Positions 28,506 through 39,994 are shown, numbered from the stretch's first letter. The stretch: DNA of 64,000 nt from an uncultured Gemmatimonadaceae bacterium (GCA_963740355.1 CAVUDW010000003.1:32001-96000); one strand, 5' to 3'. Notes: generated by a model not told the origin, from the sequence alone. A program made the numbers and translations.

Positions 28506-30392
28506 ATGACCACTCCGCTGCCTGCTCCGCAGTCCGACGTCTTGATCCCCGAGGCCGTGCGAGCGGCATTCGACATCGTGCGCCCGCTGGGACAGGGGGG
28601 CATGGGCTCGGTGTGGCTGGCCCGCGACCGGTTGCTGGATCGCCTGGTCGCGATCAAGGTGCTCCTCACCAGCGCGGCAAGTGACGCGACGCGCGATCGC
28701 TTTCTGCGCGAGGCGCGAACCGCCGCCAAGCTGAGTCACCCGCACATCGTGCCGGTCCACCGTGCCGACGAGTCGAACGGCCAGGTGTGGTTCAGCATGG
28801 GTTTCGTGGAAGGCGAGTCGCTCGGCGACCGGATCCGCGAGCGCGGCGCACTGCCCCCCGCCGACATCGTGCGCATCATGCGCGAAACCGCGTGGGCACT
28901 GGCCTACGCGCATGCACGCGGCGTGATCCATCGCGATGTGAAGCCGGACAACATCCTGCTCGACCGCGAGACCGGCCGGACGATGGTCACCGATTTCGGT
29001 ATCGCACGTGACCTGCGCTCATCCGATGTCCGACTGACGGCGGACGGCAGTGTGCTTGGCACGGTGCATTACATGAGTCCCGAACAGGCGAGTGATGATG
29101 TGCTCGATGCTCGGAGCGATGTGTACTCGCTCGGTGTGGTGGGCTTTCATGCGCTGAGCAACCAACTGCCGTTCGATGGCACACCGAACGCGATCCTGAT
29201 TGCACACGTCACCAAATCCGCGCCGTCGTTGCGGAGTGTGGCACCGGGTGTGCCGGGGCCGATCGCGGCGGTGATCGACAAGTGCCTCGCGAAGGAACCG
29301 TCGGCACGATGGGAGAATGCGGAAGCGCTGGCCGACGCGCTGGGCAAGGCGCTGGATGAAGTCGTGACGTCGGAACGCAGCGCCATTTCGAAGGATGCTG
29401 GCGCCGTGTTGAGTGAGAAGGAGGCGATGGGCGTGTGGCAGCGTGCAGCCCAATTGCAGGCCGAAGCGGCGCACCGGATGGAGCGGAGCGTGATGTTGTC
29501 AGCGCCGGCCGGCAGCGATGCTTCAGCACCGACGGATGCCTATCGCATGCGCGATGTCGAGGCGGCCGCTGTCGAAGCGGGCATCTCGCGCCAGTTCGTC
29601 GCGATTGCCCTGGCGGAACGCAATGCCGCGGAAGCGGGCGGTGGCTCCGCCGTGGCGCCGCTCGACGAGCGTACGGAACGCCGGATCACGACCATGCTCG
29701 GCACCACCGATCGCAGCATCAGCGTCTCGCGCGTGATCAGGGCGTCGCCCAAGACCACGCTGGCGCTCATCGGACGCGTGTTCACTGCGCAGCCGTACCT
29801 GCTCAAGGTGTCGGAAACCGTCAACGGCCACCCGCTCGACGGTGGGATCCTGCGGTTCACCGTGCCAAGTCTCTACAAGTCCATGTCCGATGGCTCGATT
29901 GGAAGTAGCATGGTCGGTTCGTCGCACGGCTTGATCTACCACTGCACCGTGCTCGACCTGTTCTTGCTGAACGTCACGCTCAAGGCACGCGGGTCGGCGA
30001 GCGCACCGGAGTGCGAAGTGGTCGTGAGCGGCGACCTGCGGGATGGGCAGCGAAAGAACTTGAAGGCGGCCTACTGGACCATCGGCTCCGTCACGGCGGC
30101 CGCAGGCGGCGCCACCATTCCGGTGGGGCTGAAGCTGATGGGCGCGCTCGCGCTGGCATCACCGATCGTGGCCGGTGTGGCGGCCATCACCGCGATCGGC
30201 ACGATGGTCGGCTATCGGGCGTCTTTTCGAAGCGCGCTTCGCAAGGCGCGCGAAGAGATGGACAAGATGCTGCTCGCGCTGCAACAGAACCTCGACAGCC
30301 AGACGCTGTTCGGCGAGATCCCGCCGCCCCCGACAATTCCGCGCAGGAGCGGCGACGACGACGCGCTGTTGGCGATCATCGCATCCACGTAG
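28506..30392 (+). CDS. Hanks-type Ser/Thr protein kinase with uncharacterised C-terminal membrane region
   Basis: LGQGGMGSV, VAIK, HRDVKPDN, DFG and YMSPEQ intact; two hydrophobic segments near the C-terminus. Confidence 0.93.
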   Translation: MTTPLPAPQSDVLIPEAVRAAFDIVRPLGQGGMGSVWLARDRLLDRLVAIKVLLTSAASDATRDRFLREARTAAKLSHPHIVPVHRADESNGQVWFSMGFVEGESLGDRIRERGALPPADIVRIMRETAWALAYAHARGVIHRDVKPDNILLDRETGRTMVTDFGIARDLRSSDVRLTADGSVLGTVHYMSPEQASDDVLDARSDVYSLGVVGFHALSNQLPFDGTPNAILIAHVTKSAPSLRSVAPGVPGPIAAVIDKCLAKEPSARWENAEALADALGKALDEVVTSERSAISKDAGAVLSEKEAMGVWQRAAQLQAEAAHRMERSVMLSAPAGSDASAPTDAYRMRDVEAAAVEAGISRQFVAIALAERNAAEAGGGSAVAPLDERTERRITTMLGTTDRSISVSRVIRASPKTTLALIGRVFTAQPYLLKVSETVNGHPLDGGILRFTVPSLYKSMSDGSIGSSMVGSSHGLIYHCTVLDLFLLNVTLKARGSASAPECEVVVSGDLRDGQRKNLKAAYWTIGSVTAAAGGATIPVGLKLMGALALASPIVAGVAAITAIGTMVGYRASFRSALRKAREEMDKMLLALQQNLDSQTLFGEIPPPPTIPRRSGDDDALLAIIAST

Positions 30393-30494
30393 TTGACCCG
30401 CGGCGTTGTTGACCCGCGGCGCCGTTGCGGAGTATGCCGTCCGAGCGCCACCGATGGTCGGGGGCACTCGCGGCTGATTTTCGTGGAGAATCGA

Positions 30495-30956
30495 ATGCGT
30501 GATCGAGCAACGATCCGAATTGCGGCTATCGTGGGTGGTGCGGTGCTCATCGCCGGATGTGCGGGGCTGGCGTTGCCGGTCGAGCCGGGCACGTTGCGAC
30601 TGCGCGTGACCGATGTCCAGGTGTCTGGCTCGCCAGTGCAGTCGCTTCGCATCACCGGCGCGATCGACAACGGAACCGGCACACGGTTCGAAAGTGGCGG
30701 ATGTTTGCGCCCAACGATCGAAATCGACAGCGCCACGACCGGCGGCTGGGCACCACTTGGCGTGAACCAGTCGGACGACCTGGTGCAGTGCATCACCGCG
30801 TTCAACGTCGGACCGAATACGTCGCAGTCATTCGAGACGAGCTTCGTGCGCAGTTCGACGGCGCTTCCCTTCCCACGAGGTGTGTCGCTCCGGCTGCGGG
30901 CGAAGCCCCTGACAGGAAGCGATGGCCCGACCTCGACGGTCGTCATCACGCCCTGA
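30495..30956 (+). CDS. Hypothetical lipoprotein
   Basis: GGAG RBS, lipobox LIAGC, beta-rich mature part with two Cys. Confidence 0.7.
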   Translation: MRDRATIRIAAIVGGAVLIAGCAGLALPVEPGTLRLRVTDVQVSGSPVQSLRITGAIDNGTGTRFESGGCLRPTIEIDSATTGGWAPLGVNQSDDLVQCITAFNVGPNTSQSFETSFVRSSTALPFPRGVSLRLRAKPLTGSDGPTSTVVITP

Positions 30957-31095
30957 GGGCCGTCGGCGCTGGCCGGACGTCGCCCCCCCGGTGCGCTGGC
31001 TGAGGGGCCGCCCGCGACCGCCAGATTCCCGGATGCGGTAAGTTGTGGGCTGTTCCGCGCCGGGTGATGGCGCCGCTCACTCCTGTCCCTGCTGC

Positions 31096-31707
31096 ATGCG
31101 CCGTCTGGCCGGCTATTTCCTGCGTGGTCTCGTCATCATGGCGCCCCTGGCGCTGACGGTCTACGTCTGCTTCTCGATCGTGACCGCGATCGACAGCTGG
31201 ATTCCCGTCAACATTCCGGGCGTCGGATTCGCGATCACGATCGGCTTGATCACGCTGGTCGGGGCCCTTGGCTCCAACGTGCTCACCGACGGTCTGGTGG
31301 CACTGATCGACCGTCTGCTGGAGAAACTGCCGTTCGTGCGGCTGCTGTACGGCACGGCGAAGGACTTCTTCGAGGCATTCGTCGGCGAGAAGAAGCGCTT
31401 CGACACGGCTGTGCTGGTAACGCTGTATCCCGCATCAGAAGCGAAGGCACTCGGCTTCATGACGCGGAAGGATGTCGAGATGTTCGGGCTGGTCAATCAC
31501 GTGGCGGTGTACCTGCCGCACAGCTACGCCTTCACCGGCCAACTGGTGCTGGTGCCCGCCGAACATGTCACGCTGGTGCAAGCGGGGAGCGCCGAGTTGA
31601 TGACCTTCATCGTCTCCGGCGGCGTGACGGAAAAGTCGGGCAATGGTGGCACTCCCAGCGCAGGCCAGCCGCGCATCACTCCACCCGCATCCCCCGTCGC
31701 CGACTGA
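31096..31707 (+). CDS. DUF502 family membrane protein
   Basis: YFLRGL...PLALT, LPFVRLLY, LGFMT, AVYLPHSY.FTG, FIVSGG. Confidence 0.85.
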   Translation: MRRLAGYFLRGLVIMAPLALTVYVCFSIVTAIDSWIPVNIPGVGFAITIGLITLVGALGSNVLTDGLVALIDRLLEKLPFVRLLYGTAKDFFEAFVGEKKRFDTAVLVTLYPASEAKALGFMTRKDVEMFGLVNHVAVYLPHSYAFTGQLVLVPAEHVTLVQAGSAELMTFIVSGGVTEKSGNGGTPSAGQPRITPPASPVAD

Positions 31708-33022
31708 GCAGGGAGAACATCAGTGGTCCCAGGGCTGCCGCGGTGACTGCGATGAGCAGCGCGCGACCGCCGAACTCACCCTCGCTGATCTCGATGCCGG
31801 TGACACCAACCAGAACCACCATCGGACAGATGGCGAGCAGCGTGAGACCGGCACGCCCCATCGGCAATCGGAACGGGCCGCGCAACTCCGGCTCGGTCCG
31901 ACGCAGTTGAATGAGCGCCGCGAACTCGAGACCGAGCGCCAGCGCGTAGAGCAGCACATCGGCGGAGATGAGTTCACCGAACGGCATCAACGCGAGAAAG
32001 GAGTAGAGCGTCGACGCGAGCAGGATCGAGCGCACGGGGACACCGCGCTCGTCGACCTTGGCGATCCATGACGGCAGGAGTCCATCCTGCGCGACGCTGA
32101 GCGGGATCCGGGAGTACGCCAGGAGCAGCGAGTTGAACATCGCGATCGCACTCAGCATGGCGAGCCCGATGAGTGCGACGGCCAGGTACGGCCCGATTGG
32201 TCCCGCGACTTCGCGCGCGATGTCCGGCCAGCCCCCTTCACGCCAGGTACGCCAATCGCTGGCGGCCAACGCTGGCAGCAGCGGCACGAAATACCCCAGT
32301 GCCACGAGCGGCACCGCCAACGCCAGGGCGCGTGGATAGGTGCGACCGGCGTCCTCGATTTCGCCGCAGACGGTGCTGGCGTTGTCCCAGCCGATCCAGT
32401 TCCAGAGGGCGAGGCTAAGTCCCGCACCAAGCGACGACCAGCGCACCGGTTCGGGCGCACCGAGCGTCGCCCACGGCGCGTGCGTCATGTTCGGCAGCGC
32501 GAAGAGCGCGAGCAGTCCGAAACAGAGCAGCACCAGCGACCCGATGATCACGGACACCTGCCCCACCGGCACGGCCCCGCGAAGGTTGAGCAGCGTCGGC
32601 AGCCAGATGACGATCAGCGTCACCAGCACGACCCATCCATGCGCGAGACCCGGCATGAAGGCACTGAGATACTGCACCACGATCGCCGGGTAGAGCGACA
32701 TCTCTACCAGCGAGTAGAGCCAGGTACACCAGGCATTGACGAAGCCCCAGCGATCGCCGAAGGCGCGTTGCACCCATCGGTAGTAGCCACCTTCGACCGG
32801 CAGCATGCTGGCCAACTCGCCGATCAGCAGCGCTTCGGGCACAGCCCAGAAGAGCGGGATCGCGACCAGCGCCGCCAACGCCAGCACGGGGCCGACGTCG
32901 GCGACGAGCGCCTCCAGCGTGAACGCACCACCAGAGACGGTGAAGTAGAGCACGAACACGAGGCCGAGCAACCGAAGACGCGGCGGCGCCCCGGCTCGCA
33001 GCGTCGGTGCCGGCGTCACCAC
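31676..33022 (-). CDS. APC-family amino acid/polyamine permease
   Basis: About 12 TM helices; VSGGAF, ELASMLPVEGGYYRWV, WNWIGWD, LRRTEPEL.GPFR. Start inferred. Confidence 0.85.
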   Translation of the reverse strand: MVTPAPTLRAGAPPRLRLLGLVFVLYFTVSGGAFTLEALVADVGPVLALAALVAIPLFWAVPEALLIGELASMLPVEGGYYRWVQRAFGDRWGFVNAWCTWLYSLVEMSLYPAIVVQYLSAFMPGLAHGWVVLVTLIVIWLPTLLNLRGAVPVGQVSVIIGSLVLLCFGLLALFALPNMTHAPWATLGAPEPVRWSSLGAGLSLALWNWIGWDNASTVCGEIEDAGRTYPRALALAVPLVALGYFVPLLPALAASDWRTWREGGWPDIAREVAGPIGPYLAVALIGLAMLSAIAMFNSLLLAYSRIPLSVAQDGLLPSWIAKVDERGVPVRSILLASTLYSFLALMPFGELISADVLLYALALGLEFAALIQLRRTEPELRGPFRLPMGRAGLTLLAICPMVVLVGVTGIEISEGEFGGRALLIAVTAAALGPLMFSLLSRRRGMRVE

Positions 33023-33023
33023 G

Positions 33024-34214
33024 CTAGCGCGGCGATGCAACCATCGAGTGCTGCGCCTCGATCCAGCTGGTGTGGTACGTCGGATCCTCGATCGGAGCCG
33101 CCTGCTTCGCAATCTTGAGCGGCTTGAACGAGTCCATCATCACGGCCAGCTCCTTCGTTTCCTTCTGCCCGATACTCGCCTCGGCACGTCCCGGATGTGG
33201 GCCGTGCGGAATGCCGTCCGGGTGGTGCGTGATGGCACCGAACTCGATGCCCTTGCGACTCATGAAGTCATCCGACGCGTAGAAGATCACTTCGTCGGAA
33301 TCCACGTTGCTGTGGTTGTATGGCGCAGGAATCGCGTTCGGATCGAAGTCGTAGGGCCGCGGGCAGAAGGAACAGATCACGAATCCATCGCCCTGGAAGG
33401 TCTGGTGAACTGGCGGTGGCTGGTGCACGCGACCGACGATTGGCTCGAAGTCGTGGATGTTGAATGTCCACGGATAGAAGCAACCATCCCATCCGACGAC
33501 ATCGAAAGGGTGGTGATCGAGGATGTATTCCTGCAGCGCGTCGTACTGCTTGACGAGAATGCGGAAATCGCCCATTTCGTCGTACGTCTTCAACTCGCGC
33601 GGCACGCCGAAGTCGCGCTCCGAGTACGGGGCGCCCTCGATCATCTGCCCGAACTCGTTGCGATAGCGCTTGGGCGGACGGATGTGCCCGCGGCTTTCGT
33701 GCACCAGGAGGTTAGTGGGCCCAGCCGCGTTGTCGAGTTTCCACCGATGCATGATGCCGCGATGGATGACGACGTAGTCGCCTTCGCGATAGGGCAGGTC
33801 GCCGAACTGCGTCTCGAGCGTGCCCTGCCCCTTCGCGACGTAGACCACTTCATCGGCCTGCGCGTTGCGATAGAAGTGCGCGTCGGTCTCGTCTGGCGCG
33901 ACGTAGTACATCGCGATGTCGCTGTTGAACACCAGCGGCACGCGATCGAGTGTTGGGCTGCCACCGAGCGGGAGTCGCGACGTGAACCACTTGCGGTGCT
34001 TCAGCGTCTCGTCGGTGTCGGCTTCGAGCGCCATGTCGCGCAGCCGCCGCACACTTTTCACCGTCGTGGGCGGATGGATGTGGTAGAGCAGCGCCGATGT
34101 CCCGGTGAAGCCCTCGTGTCCCATCAGCTGCTCGGAGTAGATCCCTCCGTCAGGTCGACGATGCACGGTGTGACGCTTCTGCGGGACACGGCCGAGCGAG
34201 TGATAGTAGGGCAC
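33024..34214 (-). CDS. hmgA: Homogentisate 1,2-dioxygenase
   Basis: PQKRHT, HPFDVVGWDG, HQPPPVHQTF, PYNHSNVDSDE, HGPHPG motifs. Confidence 0.93.
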   Translation of the reverse strand: MPYYHSLGRVPQKRHTVHRRPDGGIYSEQLMGHEGFTGTSALLYHIHPPTTVKSVRRLRDMALEADTDETLKHRKWFTSRLPLGGSPTLDRVPLVFNSDIAMYYVAPDETDAHFYRNAQADEVVYVAKGQGTLETQFGDLPYREGDYVVIHRGIMHRWKLDNAAGPTNLLVHESRGHIRPPKRYRNEFGQMIEGAPYSERDFGVPRELKTYDEMGDFRILVKQYDALQEYILDHHPFDVVGWDGCFYPWTFNIHDFEPIVGRVHQPPPVHQTFQGDGFVICSFCPRPYDFDPNAIPAPYNHSNVDSDEVIFYASDDFMSRKGIEFGAITHHPDGIPHGPHPGRAEASIGQKETKELAVMMDSFKPLKIAKQAAPIEDPTYHTSWIEAQHSMVASPR

Positions 34215-34271
34215 GGGAACCTCTGGCTTCGAAACGGAATGGTGGTGCGGAACGGCTGCGCGCGAGTCGCG

Positions 34272-35099
34272 CTACTTCACGGCGAGGGAAAGCGTGCCAA
34301 GCCCCGGCGCACTGACTCGCACCCAGGAACCGGCGGGAAGCGGCGCGCCGCTGCCCGCTGACGGTGCGGTGGGAAAGATGGTCAGCAGATCACCGGCCCG
34401 CAGCGTGTGGCTGCGGACGGCGACCCGTGCGAGCGCGTGGAATGCTTCACGGTCCGGTGCCGCCGAGAGTTGCTTGCGTTCCGGCGTCGGGACGAGCGCG
34501 AGCGGTGGCACGAGCGTCAGGACCAGCGACTCCGGGTTGCGGCGTGGAACGGCGACGAACGGCCCCACGGCACCCGGGAGCATGGTGGCCTCACCGGTCG
34601 GCCCTGCTTGCGGCCACCCAAGCACCAGCAACGTGCCGATGAGCGCCTCGTCGAGGAGTTCATCGGTGCACTCGGCGCCCGCGTCGATCGTGGCGCCGAC
34701 GACTGCGGCCAGCCCCGCTGCTGAACCGCCGGCGTCGTCGCGGCCAAGGAGGCTGCCGGGGCCGTGAAGTGTCGTGGGATCAGCAAACCGCACGGCGCCA
34801 GCGGCGTCCAGGACAACGCTGCGCGCGAGTGGAATTGGCGCCACCAGGTGCACGGTGGAGACGGCGAACGCGGTGCGCGCGGCGCCGTGGAGGATGGCGC
34901 CAGCCGCCTGTCGAAGCATGCCAAGCTGCTCGAGTGCCTCGTAGGCATCGGCAATGCCGAGTGGCGCCAGGTCGACGATCTGCTGCGCGTCCTGGGACAA
35001 CAGCCCCACGTGGACGGCATCCCGCTCCGCCGGGATGAACGACACCAGGCGCAACGCGCTCAGCCGCGTGACGACTGGTTCAGTCGCCGTGCTGGTCAC
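34272..35099 (-). CDS. Fumarylacetoacetate-hydrolase-fold protein lacking the usual metal ligands
   Basis: LRLVSF..., LVAPIP, LAAVVG, VGPF, LRAGDLL, GLGTL follow the FAH layout; lies between hppD and hmgA. Confidence 0.65.
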   Translation of the reverse strand: MTSTATEPVVTRLSALRLVSFIPAERDAVHVGLLSQDAQQIVDLAPLGIADAYEALEQLGMLRQAAGAILHGAARTAFAVSTVHLVAPIPLARSVVLDAAGAVRFADPTTLHGPGSLLGRDDAGGSAAGLAAVVGATIDAGAECTDELLDEALIGTLLVLGWPQAGPTGEATMLPGAVGPFVAVPRRNPESLVLTLVPPLALVPTPERKQLSAAPDREAFHALARVAVRSHTLRAGDLLTIFPTAPSAGSGAPLPAGSWVRVSAPGLGTLSLAVK

Positions 35100-35175
35100 G
35101 CTGCGCCTCCGGTGGCCCTGCCGTGTTCAGGAGCATGTTCAGGAGCATTACGGTCGCGGAATTCACCACGAGACG

Positions 35176-36345
<1,170 letters not shown>

Positions 36346-36431
36346 TCACGACCCCGCTTCGTGGTGCGGGGTTCCACCTGACAGGCGTGCGAGCCGCGAG
36401 CCCGGCGTCGCCTGCCCAACCCGCCTCGACG

Positions 36432-37805
36432 ATGCGACTGACGGTCTGGACTGCCCTGCTGCTCGCGCCAGCGCTGTCGGCGCCCCTCTGGAGTCAGACT
36501 ACTCCGCGCCCGTTCTCCACCGAACGACTGCGATTCGGCCCTGACACCTTCGACATCCGGGTCAGCGGCGGAGAGCCGCTACCGGGTGGGCTGGCCGATT
36601 TTTCGGTGCGCTCGCTTTCACGCGGCACCGGTGCCGACCGCGATGCGCTGATCGACGTCACCGTCTTCGAGCAGCGAAGCAGCGCCGCCAGTACCGCGAC
36701 ACGCACGGTCGATACGGTGGTGGTCGGTGCCGCCGACCTTCGCCTGCGGAGAATCAGCGGGGTGCTGCGAAATGCGGATGGCACCCCTGTCGTCGAGTTC
36801 AGGAGCACCCTGCGCGGCACCAGCCTCGAATGGGAGCGGCACGCCGAGCGAAACGACACCACCGCAAGCACGTCCCTCGGTACAAACGGCGCACCGTATG
36901 CGACGCCGTTCCTGCTGCTACGCGCCGCGCCACTGAGCAAGGCGTGGCGAGGCGACTTTCCGATGTATGGCGTTCGGAACGATCGCATCAGCGTCCTCGC
37001 GATCGATTCGGTGCGCGCAGCGGTGGTCTCCGCTCGACCCGTGTGGCTCGTGCACGCACATGTCGAGGGCACGACGCGACTGCTCTATACGGTGGACTCG
37101 ACGACGCGCGACATGATCAGCCTCACCATAGTGACCACGGCCTCGGCACCGGCGATTTCGTATGTGAATCGTCGGTACACGACAGGCGACGCGCCTGTGG
37201 CGACGACCGATGCGGCCGTACGCACTGTCGAACGCAGCGCGGTCGTTGGGCACTACTTCCTCGAAGGGGTGAGAGAGGTCGGCTCGGAATTGCTCCTTCG
37301 CGCGGATGGCACCTTCGAATTCATGCTGGCCTATGGCGCGCTCGACGAGTCGGGGAGTGGCACGTGGCGCGTCGAGGGCACGACCGTCGTGCTGCAAAGC
37401 GCCGGTGTCGCCCATCCGCCGTCGGTCAAATTGCGTTCAGCGACGGGCGTTGCCACGGACTCGATCCGGATCGTCGTCGTCGATACCGCCGCACGTCCCC
37501 TCAGCGGCATCGGCGTGAACGCCGCGCATCCGCGCCGCGGCCGTTCCTCCGCGCAAACCCGACAGGGCCAACACGTGGTCCACTTCGAGAAGGGCGACGC
37601 GCCGACGGAGATCAGCATCGGCGTCGACATGCTCGGCTTCATGGTGCCATTCCCGATCGGGGGAAAGCCGAAAGCACTGTACCAGTTCGTTTTCGACCAG
37701 GGCGACCTGGCCACACGACGATTCGAGCAGCAACGGCTCGACATCAGCGACGAGCAACTCGTGATGACCATGAACGGCCGCCGGCTGACCTACATTCGGC
37801 ACTGA
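36432..37805 (+). CDS. Secreted hypothetical protein
   Basis: Signal peptide MRLTVWTALLLAPALSA; C-terminal region with GHYFLEGVREVGSELLL..DGTFEFMLAYGALD. Confidence 0.7.
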   Translation: MRLTVWTALLLAPALSAPLWSQTTPRPFSTERLRFGPDTFDIRVSGGEPLPGGLADFSVRSLSRGTGADRDALIDVTVFEQRSSAASTATRTVDTVVVGAADLRLRRISGVLRNADGTPVVEFRSTLRGTSLEWERHAERNDTTASTSLGTNGAPYATPFLLLRAAPLSKAWRGDFPMYGVRNDRISVLAIDSVRAAVVSARPVWLVHAHVEGTTRLLYTVDSTTRDMISLTIVTTASAPAISYVNRRYTTGDAPVATTDAAVRTVERSAVVGHYFLEGVREVGSELLLRADGTFEFMLAYGALDESGSGTWRVEGTTVVLQSAGVAHPPSVKLRSATGVATDSIRIVVVDTAARPLSGIGVNAAHPRRGRSSAQTRQGQHVVHFEKGDAPTEISIGVDMLGFMVPFPIGGKPKALYQFVFDQGDLATRRFEQQRLDISDEQLVMTMNGRRLTYIRH

Positions 37806-37854
37806 CCTGTCGCACGCCGACACCCGCCCACTCGCCACGCACCGGTCACCGATC

Positions 37855-39975
37855 ATGTCCCGTCGATCCGCTGCTACCCTCCTGTTGACGCTTCTCGCCT
37901 CCATGCCGCTTTCGTCCCAACGCACCGCGCCACCCATCGCCGCGAAGATTCCCAAGGTCGATACGATCCACGGCACGGCCGTGGTGGACGACTACGCCTG
38001 GTTCCGTGACCGCAACAATCCGGCCGTCATAACGCACCTCACCGCCGAGAACGCGTACACCGAGGCGATGTCGGCCAGCACACAACCGCTGCGTGACGCG
38101 CTCTACGCCGAACTGGTTGGCCGCATCAAGGAAACCGATCTCAGCGTCCCGACCTGGAACGCGCCATACTGGTACTACACCCGCACCGAGCAGGGACAGC
38201 CCTACCCGATCTATTGTCGGAAGCTGACCACGCTCGACGCCGCCGAAGAGATCATCTTCGACCAGAACGCGGAAGCGAAGGGGCGAAAGTTTTTCAGCCT
38301 CGGTGGATTTGAAGTCAGTCCCGATCACCATCTGCTGGCGCTGCTCGTCGATACGACCGGCTACGAAGACTTCACCCTGCGCGTGAAGGACCTCCACACC
38401 GGCAAGTTCCTGCGTGACCGGAAGGAGAAACTGGGCTTCGGGCTCGCTTGGGCGAGTGACAACCGCACCTTGTTCTACATGAGCACCGACAGCGCCAAGC
38501 GGGGCGATCGCGTGTGGCGTCACACCATCGGGACGACCGTCAGCAATGATGTGAGCGTCTTCCACGAGCCGAACGTGCTGTTCAACGTCGGTGTACAGCG
38601 ATTGCGCAGCGGGAAGTTCATCGCCATCAGCGCCGGGAGTTTCACCCAAGGAGACACTCGCGTCATCGATGCGGCCCACCCGACCCGTCCTCCCCGACTG
38701 ATTGCGGCGAGACGAGCCGACGTGGAATACGATGTCGAACATGGCAACGGCTGGTTCTGGATCGTGACCAACGACGGGGCGCCGAACTTCAAGGTGGCCC
38801 GTGTTCGCGACGACGCAGCCGATCTGTCGACGTGGGAGGATTGGCTCGCACCGCGTCCGGCGGTCTTCGTCGAAAGCATCAATGTCTTCGCCAAACACGC
38901 CGTGGTCAGCGAGCGCCGCGAGGGGCTGCGCCACCTGCGCATCACGACCCTCGCCACCGGCGAGACGAATGATGTCAGCTTTCCCGAGGCGGCGTATGGT
39001 GTGTCGCAGGCGGCCAATCCGATGTTCGAGACGACCACCCTTCGCTACAGCTATTCCTCGCTGGTGACGCCGAGCACCGTGATCGACTACGACATGTCGA
39101 CGCGCGAACGGACGGTGAAGAAGCAACAGGAAGTGCTCGGTGGTTACGACCCGACGAAATACGGGGTCGAACGGCGGATGGCGAAAGCCCGCGATGGCGT
39201 ACTGGTGCCGGTGTCGATCGTCTACCGCCTTCCGCTGGTGCGCGACGGCAAGCGGCCGCTGCTCGAGTATGCGTACGGCTCCTATGGCTCCAACACCGAA
39301 GCCACGTTCAACTCGAACCGGATCTCACTGCTGGATCGCGGGGTCATCTACGCCATCGCGCACATCCGTGGCGGGCAGGAGATGGGCCGCAGCTGGTATG
39401 ACGATGGCAAGATGATGAAGAAGAAGAACACCTTCAACGACTTCATCGATGTCGGCGAGTTTCTCGTCGCCGAGGGATACACCTCGTCGGATCGCATGCT
39501 GGCCAATGGCGGAAGTGCCGGCGGCCTGCTGATGGGCGTGGTGGCCAACATGCGTCCGGACCTGTACAAGGCGATCATTGCCGCCGTGCCGTTCGTGGAC
39601 GTGATCAACACCATGTCCGATGCCAGCATCCCCTTGACCGCGCAAGAGTGGGAGCAGTGGGGCAACCCGGCCAAGCCCGAGGAGTACGCGTACATGCGCT
39701 CGTACTCGCCGTACGAGAACGTCGAACGAAAGGCCTATCCGGCGATGCTCGTCACCAGCGGGCTGAATGACAGTCGCGTGGCGTACTGGGAGCCGACCAA
39801 GTGGGTGGCGCGCCTGCGCGAGCTCAAGACGGACACCAATCCCCTGCTCCTGCGCATGAACATGGGCGCCGGTCACGGCGGCAGCAGCGGGCGATATGAG
39901 CGGCTGAAGGAGATTGCGTTCGACTACGGCTTCATGCTCGAACAGGTGGGCCTTGCCGGTGTCGTCGTGCCGTGA
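37855..39975 (+). CDS. ptrB: Oligopeptidase B (S9A), with signal peptide
   Basis: DDYAW, YGSYG, HIRGGQEMG, GGSAGG nucleophile, DSRVAYWEP.KW, AGHGG.SGR. Confidence 0.92.
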   Translation: MSRRSAATLLLTLLASMPLSSQRTAPPIAAKIPKVDTIHGTAVVDDYAWFRDRNNPAVITHLTAENAYTEAMSASTQPLRDALYAELVGRIKETDLSVPTWNAPYWYYTRTEQGQPYPIYCRKLTTLDAAEEIIFDQNAEAKGRKFFSLGGFEVSPDHHLLALLVDTTGYEDFTLRVKDLHTGKFLRDRKEKLGFGLAWASDNRTLFYMSTDSAKRGDRVWRHTIGTTVSNDVSVFHEPNVLFNVGVQRLRSGKFIAISAGSFTQGDTRVIDAAHPTRPPRLIAARRADVEYDVEHGNGWFWIVTNDGAPNFKVARVRDDAADLSTWEDWLAPRPAVFVESINVFAKHAVVSERREGLRHLRITTLATGETNDVSFPEAAYGVSQAANPMFETTTLRYSYSSLVTPSTVIDYDMSTRERTVKKQQEVLGGYDPTKYGVERRMAKARDGVLVPVSIVYRLPLVRDGKRPLLEYAYGSYGSNTEATFNSNRISLLDRGVIYAIAHIRGGQEMGRSWYDDGKMMKKKNTFNDFIDVGEFLVAEGYTSSDRMLANGGSAGGLLMGVVANMRPDLYKAIIAAVPFVDVINTMSDASIPLTAQEWEQWGNPAKPEEYAYMRSYSPYENVERKAYPAMLVTSGLNDSRVAYWEPTKWVARLRELKTDTNPLLLRMNMGAGHGGSSGRYERLKEIAFDYGFMLEQVGLAGVVVP

Positions 39976-39994
39976 CACGCGTGCCCCCCGGATT

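Noticed and set aside
30392..30421. 14-bp direct repeat GTTGACCCGCGGCG after the kinase stop
   Set aside because: Only two copies with no further structure; most likely a slippage duplication.
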